From NCBI RefSeq assembly GCF_963921235.1, contig NC_086097.1, forward strand, positions 161,264,001 to 161,328,000: a stretch of 64,000 nucleotides of DNA, in the 5' to 3' direction. A model generated the notes under the pieces. The model worked only from the letters and a program-made list of their open reading frames with translations. It was not told the DNA's origin and did no database searches. This document shows positions 13,701 through 25,982 of the stretch, in pieces. The DNA is from Mobula hypostoma (taxonomy: Eukaryota). The first letter of the stretch is position 1; the number at the start of each line of letters is the position of its first letter. The position numbers and the translations under genes are program-made.

Positions 13701-14802
13701 CAGCCTCAAGTACAGAGTGGATGTGAAGCTCTTCAACCTGAGGAGACTTCAAGCTATTACCAAAGTGAAGGAGACTGTTCTGAGAGACTTCCTCTTTGCC
13801 GGTGACTGCGCCCTGTATGCTGGCTCGGAGCTAGAGATGCAAGACAATACTGATAAACTCTCCACGGCTTATGACAACTTTGGACTCAACCATCAACATC
13901 AAAAAGACCGAAGTCATGCACCAGCCTGCCCCTCATGCATCGTACACAGAACCCAAAATCACAATCCAAGGACAGAAACTACAGGCAGTGGACCAGTTTA
14001 CTTATCTTGGCAGCACCCTCTCTCAAACAGTGACTATTGATACAGAAGTTAACTGCAGAATAGCAAAGGTAAGTTCTGCTTAATGTAGACTGCGCTCCAC
14101 TGTATGGGAATGCCGATGAATCAGTCCAGCAACAAAACTGAAAGTCTACGGAACCGTGGTACTCACTACCCTCCTGTATGCCTGTGAAACGTGGACTGTG
14201 TATCGAAGGCATGCAAGACAGCTCAACCATCTCCACATGACTTGTCTTTGCAGAATATTAGGCATCAGATGGCAAGACAAAGTACCAGACACCGAAGTTC
14301 TCTCTAGAGCAAGTCTACCATCAGTCAACACACTGCTGATGAGAGCACAGACCCGGTGGGCAGGTCATGTCATCCGCATGCCGGACGAGCACATACCCAA
14401 GCAGCTCCTTTTTGGGGAACTCTCTGCTGGAAGACGCTCGCATGGAGGGCAGAAGAAACATTACAAAGACACACTAAAGGCCTACCTGAAGTTGCTTGAC
14501 ATAGACATAACCACCTGGGAAACACTGGCACAAAACCGCCCTGCCTGGTGCGGCCTCATCCACAAGGGCTGTCAAGATTACAAAGCAAGGCGCATTGCTG
14601 AAGCACAACATAAGCACGAGCTGCGCAAGTCCAGAGACACCAGCGCAACAACTGCAGTGTCTACACGTCTGTCCAACATGTGCCAGGACATTTCGTGCCC
14701 AAATTGGCCTGACCAGTCATCTTCGGACACACTGTATCCAGTCTCAAAGTGACTAATGGTGTCGAGGTCTTCATCGATGACGACAATGGACGAACAGCAG
14801 CA
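10734..14802 (+). mobile_element. Near full-length RTE (BovB-like) LINE, ~4.07 kb
   Basis: ~850-bp 5' UTR, APE+RT coding region, short CAGCAGCA tail. Imperfect 13-bp TSD ACCATCAGGTAAG (10721-10733) / ACCATCAGATAGG (14803-14815). Confidence 0.9.
11592..14700 (+). pseudogene. RTE endonuclease / reverse transcriptase ORF, disrupted
   Basis: APE motifs IGSWNMCTL, ALSETR, SAYAPT, LGDFN, HLIDY, TDHRL. RT motifs VKQGCVLAPTLF, FTYLGS, LLYACETW, RWAGHV. Catalytic FADD mutated to FAGD. Stops, frameshifts and an internal deletion near 13575. Confidence 0.9.
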
Positions 14803-15749
14803 ACCATCAGATAGGAGGTACAGAAGCCTGAAGGCACACACTCAGCGATTCAGGAACAGCTTCTTCCCCTCTGCCATCCAATTCCTAAATGGACATTAAA
14901 CCCATGAACACTACCTCACTTTTTTAATATAGGTTATTTCTGTTTTTGCACGATTTTTAATCTATTCAATATACATATATTGTAATTTACTTTTTTATTT
15001 TTCTTCTATGTTATGTATTGCATTGAACTGCTGCTGCTAAGTTAACAAATTCCACGACACATGCCGGGAATAATAAACCTGATTCTGATTGTGATTCTGA
15101 TTATGGATGAACTGTTAAATCCAGACAGCATCAGAGATAAGGAATGAACCCAGGCTGTTGGAGCTATGAGGCAGCAGCTTTACTAGTTCAATATTCTGCT
15201 GTCCTGGAAATAACTTGATAACCCTTAGGGTTGAGTGTAGTTTCTTTCAATTGATTTCAAGTGCATTCAAGGCCATTACAGCTTCAAAGCAGGTCCTTTA
15301 CCATTGATTTGTGTACATTAATCACCTGCCAAAAAATGTATTTCAATTGTACCACTTAATGCAAGTGAAGTTCCATTACCTACATACTGATTACACTGAC
15401 AGCATTTAGTCAGGTCTTCCAGTCACTGCAGAAATAATTTACAGAGATTTTTATTGCCAATAGAATTAATTCCCTGATCATGTCTCTCCTTGTCCTCCAT
15501 CAGTCATTGAAATCCTGAAACATCCTGTGCTTAATTCTATTCCATTTTATTGTTCTTTATCTGACTTGCCCAGAATTTATGAGGTTTAGAGGTAATCAGA
15601 TGTTATCGAAGGTTACATTTCCATGTCCTTAATGAAGTCAATAATAAATGAGATGTCGAAGGAGAACTGGAGGAGGTTTATGAGCCATAAAATCCTGAAG
15701 TGCAGCTTCACAGAAGACCAGCTCGATTTAATATCATGACCCAATATAA

Positions 15750-15920
15750 TTGTTAATAATAACAACTACAAAAACTACTCCTCCTACTACTCCTACTCTC
15801 TTTCTTCTGCTCCTCCTCCTATTTCTTTTCATTCTCCACCTTCTTCTCCTTCTCATTTTCCTCCTTCTCATTCTCCTTTTCTTTTTCCGTCTCCTCTCTC
15901 CTTCTTTCTCCCTCTTTTCC
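15750..15920. repeat. Pyrimidine-rich low-complexity tract (degenerate CTT/CTC/ACT triplets)
   Basis: Visible degenerate trinucleotide repeat; it generates spurious Leu-rich and Arg/Lys-rich ORFs. Confidence 0.85.
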
Positions 15921-16243
15921 TGTATTAGAGACCAGAGGTTTTTGATATCTTCCAATTGCACTCCCTCCTCCATTTTGAGTTGCTGCAAGCCACTGATCCA
16001 CATTTCAGATAGAGTCACAGCATCATTGAGGAATGCAGCACAAAAACAGATCCTTTGATTCAACTGTCCATGGCAACCAAGATGCCATCTAAGCTCAGCC
16101 CTTTTGCTTGCATTTGGCCTATAGAATTCCACTCTAAACCTTTCCCATCTCTCCAAGGACTCTACTAAATGTTGTTAATGTACCTGCATCAACCACATGG
16201 AAAAGTGTGTATGGAACCAGAGGAGACAGCGGAGGTACTTAAT

Positions 16244-17096
16244 AAGGCCATGAGACAAAGGAGCAGAAGTCGGCCATTCGGCCCATCGAGTCTGCTTCGC
16301 CATTTTATCATGAGCTGATCCATTCTCCCATTTAATCTCACTCCCCCGCTTTCTCACCATAACCTTTGATGCCCTGGCTACTCAGATACCTATCAATCTC
16401 TGCCTTAAATACACCAAATGACTTGGCGTCCATTGCCGCCCATGGCAACAAATTCCATAGATTAGATTATGAAGACACGCAGTCCTCTTTTATTGTCATT
16501 TAGTAATGCATGCATTAAGAAATGATACAATATTTCCTCTGGTGTGATATCACAAAACACAGGACAGACCAAGACTGAAAAAAACTAACAAAACCACATA
16601 ATTATAACATATAGTTACAACAGTGCAACAATACCGTAACTTGATGAAGAAGTCCATGAGCACAGTAAAAGTTCAAAGTCTCTCAAATGTCCCACATCTC
16701 ACGCAGACGAGAGAAGGGAGAAAAACTCTCCCTGCCATACCCGACCACGGTCCAACTCTGAGTCATCCAAAAACTTTGAGTGCTGATCAGCTCTCCAACA
16801 CCAAGTACTGAGCGCCATCTCTATCCGAACGATTCAACCTCCATCTCGGTCGCCAACGGTAGACAAAGCCAGGGATTTTGAGGCCTTCCCTCCGAAAGAT
16901 TCCCAACCGCACAGTACCGACGGCAGCGAACGAGTGTTTCAGAAATTTTTCCAGATGTTCCTCTGTGCTTTCACGTCCATCTCCATCAAATCAGAATTGT
17001 CCATGGCCCCTATTTAACGGATACAATATCATTTTTCATCGGAGGGCTGCGTACGTGCGGCGCGCTGCTATCGCCTCCTCCCGCCCTCTAGTTAAA
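16244..17096 (-). mobile_element. CR1 3'-end fragment (16244-16463 and 17086-17096) inserted into the plus-strand CR1
   Basis: Reverse complement gives a CR1-type 3' UTR (GGGCCGAATGGCCGACTTCTGCTCC). The host reading GGAGGTACTTAAT|GAATACTTTGC is restored when this is removed. Confidence 0.7.
16459..17085 (-). mobile_element. Non-autonomous retroelement with GC-rich head and Rex1-like tail
   Basis: Minus strand starts GGCGGGAGGAGGCGATAGCAGCGCG and ends TGACAATAAAAG..TAATCTAATCT. No coding capacity. Confidence 0.6.
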
Positions 17097-19529
17097 ATGA
17101 ATACTTTGCTTCAGTCTTCACTACAGAAAAGGATCTTGGCAATTGTAGGCATGACTTGCAGTGGATTGAAAAGCTTGAGAATGTAGAAATTAAGAAAGAG
17201 GATGTGTTGGAGCTTTTGGAAAGCATCAAGTTGGATGTCACTGGGACCGGACAGGATGTACCCTAGGCTACTGTGGGAGGCGAGGGAGGAGATTGCTGAG
17301 CCTCTGTCGATGATCTTTGCATCATCAATGGAGATGGGAGAGGTTCCAGAGGATTGAAGGGTTGTGGATGTTGTTCCCTTATTGAAGAAAGGGAGTAGAG
17401 ATAGCCCAGGAAATTATAGACCAGTGAGTCTTACTTCAGTAGTTGGTAAGTTGATGGAGAAGATCCTGAGGGGCAGGATTTATGAACATTTGGAGAGGCA
17501 TAGTATGATTGGGAATAGCCAGCATGGCTTTGTGAAAGGCAGGTCATGCCTTATGAGCCTGATGGAATTTTTTGATGATGTGACTAAGCACATTGATGAA
17601 GGTAGAGCCATAGATGTAGTGTACATGAAGGCATGTGATAAGGTACCCCATGCAAGACTTATTGAGAAAGTAAGGAGGCATAGGATCCAAGGGAACATTG
17701 CTTTGTGGATCTAGAACTGACTGGCCACAAAAGGCAAAGAGTGGTTGTAGACAGGTTATATTCTGCAGGGAGGCCAGTGACCAGTGGTGTGCTTCAGGGA
17801 TCTGTTCTGGGACCTCTACTCTTTGTAATTTTTATAAATGACCTGGATGAGGAAGTGGAGAGATGGGTTAGTAAATTTGCTGATGACACAGGGGTTGGGT
17901 GTGTTGTGGATAGTGTGGAGGGCTGTCAGAGGTTACAGCGGGAAATCGATAGGATGCAAAACTCTGCTGAGAAGTGCAGATGGAGTTCAACCCAGATAAG
18001 TGTGAGGTGGTTCATTTTGGTAGGTCAAATATGATGACAGAATATAGTATTAATGGTAAGACTCTTGACAGTGTGGAGGATCAGAGGGATCTTGGGGTCC
18101 GAGTCCATAGGACACTCAAAGCTGCTGCACAGGTTGACTCTGTGGTTAAGAATGCATACGGTGCATTGGCCTTCATCAATCGTGGGACTAAGTTTAAGAG
18201 CCGAGAGGTAATGTTGCAGCTATATAGGACCCTGGTCAGACCCCACTTGAAGTACTGTACTCAGTTCTGGTTGCCTCACTACAGGAAGGATGTGGAAACC
18301 ATAGAAAGGGTGCAGAGGAGATTTACAAGGATGTTGCCTGGATTGGGAAGCATACCTTATGAGAATAGGTTGAGTGAACTCGGTCTTTTCTCCTTGGAGC
18401 AAAGGAAGATAAGAGGTGACTTGATAGAGGTGTACAAGATAGTGAGAGGCATTGACTACGTGGATAGTCAGAGGCTTTTCCCCAGGGCTGAAACGGCTAG
18501 CAGGAGAGGGCATAGTTTTAAGGTGCTTGGAGGTAGGTACAGAGGAGATGTCAGGGGTAAGTTTTTTCGCAGAGAGTGGTGAGTGCGTGGAAAGGGCTGC
18601 CGGCGGCGGTGGTGAGGCGGAAATCATAGGGTCTTATAAGAGACTGTTGGACGGCTACATGGGGCTTAGAAAAATAGAGGGCTATGGGTAAAGCCCAGGT
18701 AGTTCTAAGTTAGGAACATGTTTGGCACAGCTTTGTGGGCTGAAGTGCCTGTATTGTACTGTATATTTTCTATGTTTCTATGTAACCACTGTCTTTGGCA
18801 GTTCATTTCAATATACAGATCACCCTTTTGGTGAAGAAGTTGACTCTCAGGTATGTATTAAATCTCAACTCTCACCTTAAACCAATATCTTCTAGTTCTT
18901 GCTTACACAACCCTGGTGAAAACTATGTTCATTCACTCCTCATCATTTGCTACTCCCCTATAAGCTCATTCTGAAAATATCTGAAAGGTGGGGATTATAG
19001 ATTTACCACTGCTTATTTTTATAAATAATTGCCATTCACTATTTTTAGCTTCACTTTCACACATCCTCTTGAGTCAGAAATCACATTTTTCCATTTTGCT
19101 ATAGATTTCCTGCAATAAATAACCCTTTAGAAATATGTCAGCTTTACAAGAAGGCATAAAGTGCATCATCTGTTGACAAATTAGTAGCAAGTGATGCTCC
19201 TATTGAAAAACTGAGCCTTGTTCTTCTGAACCACACCTCCATCTCTGGTGATCTTAACAATTGCCAGTGATCAAATCGTTGAAAAGTCAACAAAATCAAG
19301 CTGGAAATTCCACTGAATACAGGTACTTTGCAGGAGTGAAACTGTGTCTAGATGAGAACTTGGTCCCTAGCCCTAATCTTCTATTGATGTAATTCAATCT
19401 CCTATGATGAAAACATTCAATATCTGTACAAGCTTCCAAATCCTTGTCTCATTATGGATTCAAGCCATCATATCAAAAGGAAATACCAAAAATCTAAAAC
19501 AGACCAAAGGAAAATGATGTTTCAAGCTT

Positions 19530-20135
19530 TAGAATCAGAATCCTATACTGTATATTATCACCCTCTTATATGACGTGAAATTTGTTTTGCAGCAGTACAG
19601 TGAAAGAAATAGCATTAATATAAATGACAAAAATAAATAAAAGGTGCAAAGGAAGTAATAATGAGGTGATGTTCATGGGTTCATGGACTGTTCAGACATC
19701 TGATGCCAGAGGGGAAGAAACTGTTTCTGAATTATTGAGTAGGGCTTTCAGGTTCTTGTATCTCCTCCCTGATGGTTGTATTAAGAAGGAGACATAGCCT
19801 GGATGATGTAGATAGTGATGGAAGCTGCCTTCTTGAAGCATCACCACTTGAGGATGTCTTTTGAAAGGGGAGGATTGTGCTGCAGCCAGTCAGAATGCTC
19901 TCCACAATATACTGTATCTATAGAAATTTGTAAGAGTCCTTGGTGACATGCCAAATCCCCTCAAGCTCATAGCAGAGTGCTGGCGTGCCTTCTTTGTGAT
20001 TGCTTCATTGTGCTGGACTCAGGATAGATCCTCCAAAATGTTGATACCCAGGAACTTGAAGCTGCTCAGCTTTCCACGACTAGCCCCTCATTAAGGGCAG
20101 GTGAGTGTTCTCCTTTCTTCCCCTTCCTGAAGTTC
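19530..20135 (-). mobile_element. Older Rex1/Babar 3' fragment
   Basis: Alignable by eye with 2801-3570 (AGAATCAGAATC, GAAATTTGTT, CCCAGGAACTTGAAGCTGCTC). Confidence 0.7.
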
Positions 20136-20603
20136 TCCAGCAATTCACCCCTGTTGAATAAGGCTTAAGATACATTGAAGGAGCTAAGCTGAATTCCTTG
20201 ATTACTCCCAGAAGTAACTTCACCCCAAAGCTACATTAGGATTTTTAAAAACTGCACGACTGAACCCTATTAATCTGATCCATTTTTCAAACCTTTTGCA
20301 CCTCTTCAGCTTCATTTCATAAAGCAGGATCTTCAGATTTCAGTGTTGTATTATTTGCGATCAAAGATTGGCCACAAACAGATTTATTGAAGACAACAAA
20401 ATAAGGTCCATTGTAAAATTATTATAACTTGACTTTTATTTAGTATATCCAATCCATTAAAACAATCTGCAGCCATGTTGCTATTTATTGTTCACTGGCA
20501 AAGTGAGAAAATGAAGCATGAACAATGCTATCAGATAGAAGATAATCACCAATAAATTTCTCACGAAAGCTCAGTTTGTATTCTGCTAGACTTTTGTCTC
20601 AAG

Positions 20604-20657
20604 ACCTCATTATGGACTGTTCCAACATAGAGTCAAGAAATGAGTTCCAGAGGCAAG
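20604..20657 (+). CDS. Candidate 54-nt host exon (phase 1-1, LIMDCSNIESRNEFQRQ)
   Basis: Acceptor TTTTGTCTCAAG, donor AAG/GTGAAA. Frame-compatible with 9417-9455. Unverified. Confidence 0.15.
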
Positions 20658-21735
20658 GTGAAAGTGACTGCTGTTAGCACCAACGTTGCAAGTTATTGGG
20701 ATTGGGATAATTTTTACTATGGCTAAAGTCATTGTTATTATCATAAGCAGTAACTCTAATACATGGTCAAAGGCACTACATTTTCTCTGTGCAAGATCTG
20801 TATGCCCAACCATGTTCAGATTATTATCTTATATAATTATGTTATATCCCCAGGAGTAAAATACTAATCTGTCCTTAACACTAAAGCACGAAACATTATC
20901 ACCAGGACTTGAAGTGGATAGCCTGGACTGACACACTCTGAAGAGTTTCGGTGATACTGGAAAGGCAGCATGACTCATTTCTCATGTACAGAGTGAATCC
21001 CACAGTTGAGAAACTCTCATAGCCAAATGGTACCAAGTTAGTATTAATAATAGAAACAAAAATATGGGGAAATACTGAATAACATTTAAATATTTAACCT
21101 TCAGAATCAGTACTTTAAAATACAGGTTTAAAGGGCCTATATGACAACTATAATTATTCAGTCCTAATGTAACCTTTGTTGGTGAAATAGGATTCCAAAG
21201 TATTTTAAAGAACTTTATTGACATGATATTAACAGAGGAGTATTCAGCTCACATAACTGTGAAAATGATACTCATTCTATTTGCTTTTTGCCTTCCACTG
21301 GCAATTCCGAAGTTTGCTGACTACAAAAATATCAGTAATTTATAACTGCCCTACTGCTAAACAAACAAATAAAGGCTATTTGCACAGGGTTGTGCTTTAC
21401 TTGCCCAATATTCACTCCAGAAGAGGAAACCAAGGTACTTTCCATGTTATACCAAATATGAAATGTAAGACAGTGACACAAATGACTGCAGGTGCTGGAA
21501 CCTGGAGCAAAAGATGAGGTGCTGTAGGAACTCAGTGGATCAGGCTGCAACTTTGGAGGAAAATAGCCAGTGACATTTTGGGTTCAGCTCCTTCATCTGG
21601 AATGAATGAAATGCAGTTTTCCAAGCTTGATGTAAAAGGAAAAACAAAGTTAATGTAGTAATCTCACCTTTGCCAGTGAACTAAATGAGGAGGGAAGAAA
21701 ACAGCTTTGTCAGCCAAGCATGTCTAGGCTTTGAT

Positions 21736-22711
21736 AAACACAAGAAATTCTGCAGATGTACAGGGTTGAAGTAAGAAGCTGGGAAGTATAGATGGAAAAG
21801 GTGAAGGACTGGAGATGAAGGAATCTGACAGAAGAGGAGAGTGAACCACTTCCACCACCTTGAATGGAACCCTACCACGAAACACATCTTTACCTGCACC
21901 CCCACTTTCCACTTTCTGCAGGGATTATTCCCTCCATAATTCCCTTGTCTATTTGCCCTCTGCACTAACTTGCCTCCTGGCACACATACCTGCAAGCAGA
22001 AGGACTGCTACATCTGCTCATTCACCTCCACTCAGGGCCCCAAACAGTCCACGTGAGGCCACACTTCACCTGTGAATCTACTGGGGTCACCTACCATATC
22101 CAGTGCTCCCGATGTGAGACCTGATGTAGATTGGGAGGTGTTTGACAAACACCTTTGCTCCATCTGCATAAAGCAGGATTTCCCGGTGACCAGCCCACTT
22201 AATTCCAATCTCCATTCCTATTCCGATATGTCGGTCCATGGCCTCCTCTACTGTCGCAATAAAGCCACCTCATATTCCATCTGGGTATGAACATCAATTT
22301 CTCCAACTTCCAGCAATTTGCCCCTTCCCCCTTCCCTCTTCTTCAGTTCCACACTCCGGCCTCCTCTTACCTCTTCTCTTCTGCTCACCTGCCTGTTACC
22401 TCCCCCTGGTGCCCCTCCTCTTTCCCTTTCTCCCTTAGTCCACTTTCCACTCCTATTAGATTCCTTCTTCTCCAGCCCTTTATATTTTCTATCTATAACC
22501 TTCCAGCTTCTTACTTCAACACACTCCCCCCATGGCTTCATCTATCACCTTCTAGCCTGTATTCCTTCCCTTTCCCCCATCCCCACCCCCATCCCACTTT
22601 CCTTTCCAGTGCTGATGAATGGCCTCGGCCCGTAACATCGACCGTTTATTCATTTCCATTTATGCTGCCTGACCTGCTGCTTTCCTCCAGCATTGTGTGT
22701 GTGTTGCTCCA
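21736..22711. mobile_element. Old Penelope-like (PLE) remnant with inverted arrangement
   Basis: Short minus arm 21736-21850, then a plus arm with decayed GIY-YIG-region sequence (YSDMSVHGLLYC) and the PLE 3' UTR. Decayed hammerhead CTGATGAATGGCCTCGGCCCGTAACATCGAC near 22612-22642. Confidence 0.7.
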
Positions 22712-23593
22712 GGCATTGATCCCTGGTTACTCCACCACTCCAACTAAACTCAGTCAGGGTTTTAATGAAATCCATTGGGCCAGAAATATCCTAGGCCATT
22801 CATTAGTAAATAGCATTTCTGGTGGAAAATGTATTCTTGACTCCTGCACTCAAGTGTTATGATCACACGCAGTAATAGTGAGAAGTAAAATGCTGGAGTG
22901 CAGACTTGCAGACACCAGCACTCGTGGAAGAGAGGACTTTCTTTTAGCATTAATCAGTAAGTAGGTTCAGACACTTTACTTCCTTAGATTCATTTACTAC
23001 CACAGAGACTTAGTCAATGAAAACACACCAAGGCATGTACTTCACTCATCTCCAACATTTCACCCAAGACACCCATTCACCAGTGTCCCTGAGTGATATT
23101 GCTACCCTGGAAAAAAAAGCACCTGCAAAACAAGACAATACTTGATGACTGCATTCAGTCTCCTCAGCAGCTTTGGGCTCCAACATCTATGCATTAAGAA
23201 TGACCGCCCACACTTTCACAGACTGTATGAAAACATTGTTTTCCTGCAAGTGATCAATGACGTCTGCGGACAAGCAATAAAAAGACTAACGCTCAATTTC
23301 CTATTCTGAGCAAATTGAAACCTGCCAATTAAAAATAGCCAAGAAGTCTGTGTCTCATAAGGGGCAATTCATTGAAACTAAATCCGCACTTTGTCTGGAT
23401 AATTTTATTGTTATGAATTAAATAGTTCTGTAGAAAAGTCAGTTCTGCTGAGATAACCTTTTTGAACAAAAATTCCCCTATTTGCATCCCCTCTTTTTCA
23501 GAAGGCACTGGAGATGAAAATATTCTTTATGGAAGTCAGAGCAGTTCAGACTAGCAAGTCATAGGAGAGTCACAGAACCATACAGTGTGGAAA

Positions 23594-23800
23594 CACAAAT
23601 AACAGGAATTCTGCAGATGCTGGAAATTCAAACAACACACGTCAAAGTTGCTGGTGAACGCAGCAGGTCAGGCAGCATCTCTAGGGAGAGGTACGGTCGA
23701 CGTTTCAGGCCCAGACCCTTCATCAGGACAGAGGGTCTCGGCCTGAAACATCGACTGTACTTCTTCCTAGAGATGCTGCCTGACCTGCTGCGTTCACCAG
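23594..23800. mobile_element. Miniature fold-back Penelope-like insertion within a CR1 3' fragment
   Basis: Arms of about 70 bp (23651-23721 / 23733-23800) form a hairpin. TSD (CAG)TGTGGAAA at 23583-23593 / 23798-23808. Host is a minus-strand CR1 tail at about 23565-23945. Confidence 0.85.
23695..23729 (-). ncRNA. Minimal type I hammerhead ribozyme motif in the PLE terminal repeat
   Basis: Minus strand GTC-CTGATGA-AGGGTCTGGGCCT-GAAAC-GTC-GAC: core CUGANGA and GAAA, GUC triplet, stem I GUC/GAC. Confidence 0.7.
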
Positions 23801-24319
23801 TGTGGAAATAGACCCTTTGGCCCAGCAGGTCTGTGCCAACCAAGGTGCTCACCCATACTAGTCTCATTTAGTAATGGTTTGCCTATATCCCTCTAAACCT
23901 TTCCTATCCATGTACCTGACCAAATGCCTTTTAAATGTTGTTTATGGTTTATATTGTGAAGGATATTCAGTGTCCTCAGCCAGAGATTACCTTCATTTTT
24001 GCCAAGCTCGGCTTTTTAAACACAGTAGGTGACACTTCCAAAGATCAAAGGCTTGTTTTTCCATAAATTTTCCATAAACTTCCAAACAATATTCTTTGTT
24101 TAGCTTCTTGCTGTAAACAGGAGCCAGTGTTTGGTTTTTAAAGTAAATGGCAAGCAATAATCAGTTTGAATTTAAAAGGACAGCTTTGCAAACAAGCACT
24201 GTCTATAGAACAGACTTGCTGATACACAGCACCTGGGGTTATTGCTCAAAAGGTGAAGTGTAGAAAATAGGGTTATGTTAATTAGCTAGTTTCAAAACAT
24301 ACAATGCTAGCTAAGTCAG

Positions 24320-25430
24320 AGTTCAAAAACTTCAAAGTTTCAAGGTATATTTATTATCAAAGTATGCTCACAGGTAGACACAAAACAAAAAACCCAAAAG
24401 AACCCAATTTTTAAAAAAAGACCAACATCCAATGCACGGAGAGAGAAAAAAACTAAAATCAAATCATGCAAACAATAAAGCAAGCATCAGTATTCAGAAT
24501 GAAACTGAGTCCATAAATATTGTTTAGTTCAAGGAAGCTTTCAGACCAGATTGATACCATTATTTACCATAATGCATTTAGTCCACTTTGTTAAAAGGGA
24601 TCAAAAAAAATTACATGTTCATGAAGTCACCCAAGTGACAAAGAAACAGCATAAATGTAGAAATCAGTTCAGGCTTATTAAGAATAGTCCAGGAATATCC
24701 AGAAGAATGACAGGAAAAAAATTGGGTGAAATAGAGTCTATTCCTTTGTCTTCGATATCTGCGGCAGATACACTGCACAAGGCATATATAAAACATAAAA
24801 GATAGCAGTCGCACAAAAATATATATAATGTAGCCCAAGTACCTGAATGACATGTTCTGTAAATTGATGGTGCGTGGATGTTGTTGGCAAGAACAAGCCT
24901 TCCACAGTGCGCAGACAAACACATGCAAGCTTCTACCGAGCAAGTGCTGGTGGTCAGCACCAATGTGAGGGACGAGCCCTCATTCCAGCATGGACACCCC
25001 ACCACACTGCTTACAGCTACAACAGGCAAGCCTCCTGGTCAGCTACAACAGGCAAGCTGAAACATGAGGCCTAGTCTGCATTACAACTGAGATCACACAG
25101 CTCTCCCGCCATCAATCTCGCGCCAATAAACCAGTGAACTGGACTTGCAGTTTCTACATTACCAATGTCTAAGAGGGTCTAACAATTACAAGAAGGTGTC
25201 CAAGACAATCACTCACTATTAGACTGCACACCACCTTCGCGCTCCTACTCTGGCGCCTTTCTGTAGCACAAAATCCAGCTCCTCCACTAATGAGCAACTC
25301 ACTGATGGGGTCGACCTGCAGTACTTGGAGTTCTTAATATCCAGCACTGTCTTATCATTGTAAGAATATCTTTAATAAAGACAAAAACATTTTTGGTTGG
25401 TCCTGGAGAGACTGTTGCATCTGTTGCATC
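24320..25430 (-). mobile_element. Non-autonomous Rex1-tailed retroelement (degenerate, possibly composite)
   Basis: Plus strand begins TTCAAAGTTTCAAGGTATATTTATTATCAAAG (tail and polyA signal on minus), as at 51493. Internal part uncertain. Confidence 0.4.
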
Positions 25431-25946
25431 ATTCTGGAAACCATAAGATAGAAATCCTCTGCAATTTAAAATGTATTTTAAGAATGTTGTTTAAATTTAC
25501 ATGTGTATCACTGTAAATAAATGAAATGTGTTTAAACTGCTTTGTTAGGTGAAGATATCTCCTTCTTGGTAGGGAGGGGGACCCACCACTGAAATAGTGA
25601 GTATTGGCAGATAAACTCACCATGGAAAATAAACAGGGGTGAAGACTGGATAGTTAATGTATAACATCCCCTTAGTGAGGGTATCCATAGCTATCTATAT
25701 CAGCTAGGTCTTAATGTCTTTGTTTGAGTTTAGAACTTTGTGATCAGTAAACCCAATACAATCACAACATACCTACCTCAATCACTTTCTCTGGCAGGTC
25801 ATTTCATAGTACTTGAATGCATTGCATAGATATTCAGAATTCTGAGACAAACAACAGGAATTCTGCAGATGCTGGAAATTCAAGCAACACACATCAAAGT
25901 TGCTGGTGAACACAGCAGGCCAGGCAGCATCTCTAGGAAGAGGTGC

Positions 25947-25982
25947 AGTCGACGTTTCAGGCCGAGACCCTTCGTCAGGACT
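25947..25982 (-). ncRNA. Minimal type I hammerhead ribozyme motif (left arm)
   Basis: Reverse complement AGTC-CTGACGA-AGGGTCTCGGCCT-GAAAC-GTC-GACT. Confidence 0.75.

Larger units (their letters stand above)
10400..15101 (+). mobile_element. Rex1/Babar 3' fragment (10400-10733 and 14803-15101) split by an RTE insertion
   Basis: KQARWRLYFIRSLKRFG..FYRCTMESILT..WYG (10356-10562). The sequence resumes after the RTE (GGAGGTACAGAAGCCTGAAGG...) and ends in AATAAACCTGATTCTGATTGTGATTCTGA. Confidence 0.85.
16197..18783 (+). mobile_element. CR1 LINE, 5'-truncated, RT pseudogene
   Basis: VVPLLKKGSRDSPGNYRPVSLTS, QHGFVKGRSC, GVLQGSVLGPLLF, KFADDT, FNPDKC. TTCTATGT tail. 6-bp TSD AACCAC (16191-16196 / 18784-18789). 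Interrupted at 16244-17096. Confidence 0.9.
16060..18970 (-). mobile_element. Old CR1 3' fragment (about 16060-16196 and 18784-18970), host of a nested stack
   Basis: TAATGTACCTGCATCAACCAC continues as AACCACTGTCTTTGGCAGTTCATT after the inserted CR1. Confidence 0.6.

Noticed and set aside
15734..16156. Arg/Lys-rich protamine-like ORF and its Leu-rich antisense ORF
   Set aside because: Both arise from a degenerate CTT/CTC low-complexity tract.
21670..21682. 13-nt minus-strand microexon with strong splice signals
   Set aside because: Frame-shifting length and no linked exons; cannot be supported from sequence alone.
23145..23310. Short ORF with kinase-tail-like RPHFHRL
   Set aside because: A single weak motif with no supporting exons; probably chance.
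25549..25596. Exon-like segment with GTGAGT donor
   Set aside because: Stop codons in all three frames.
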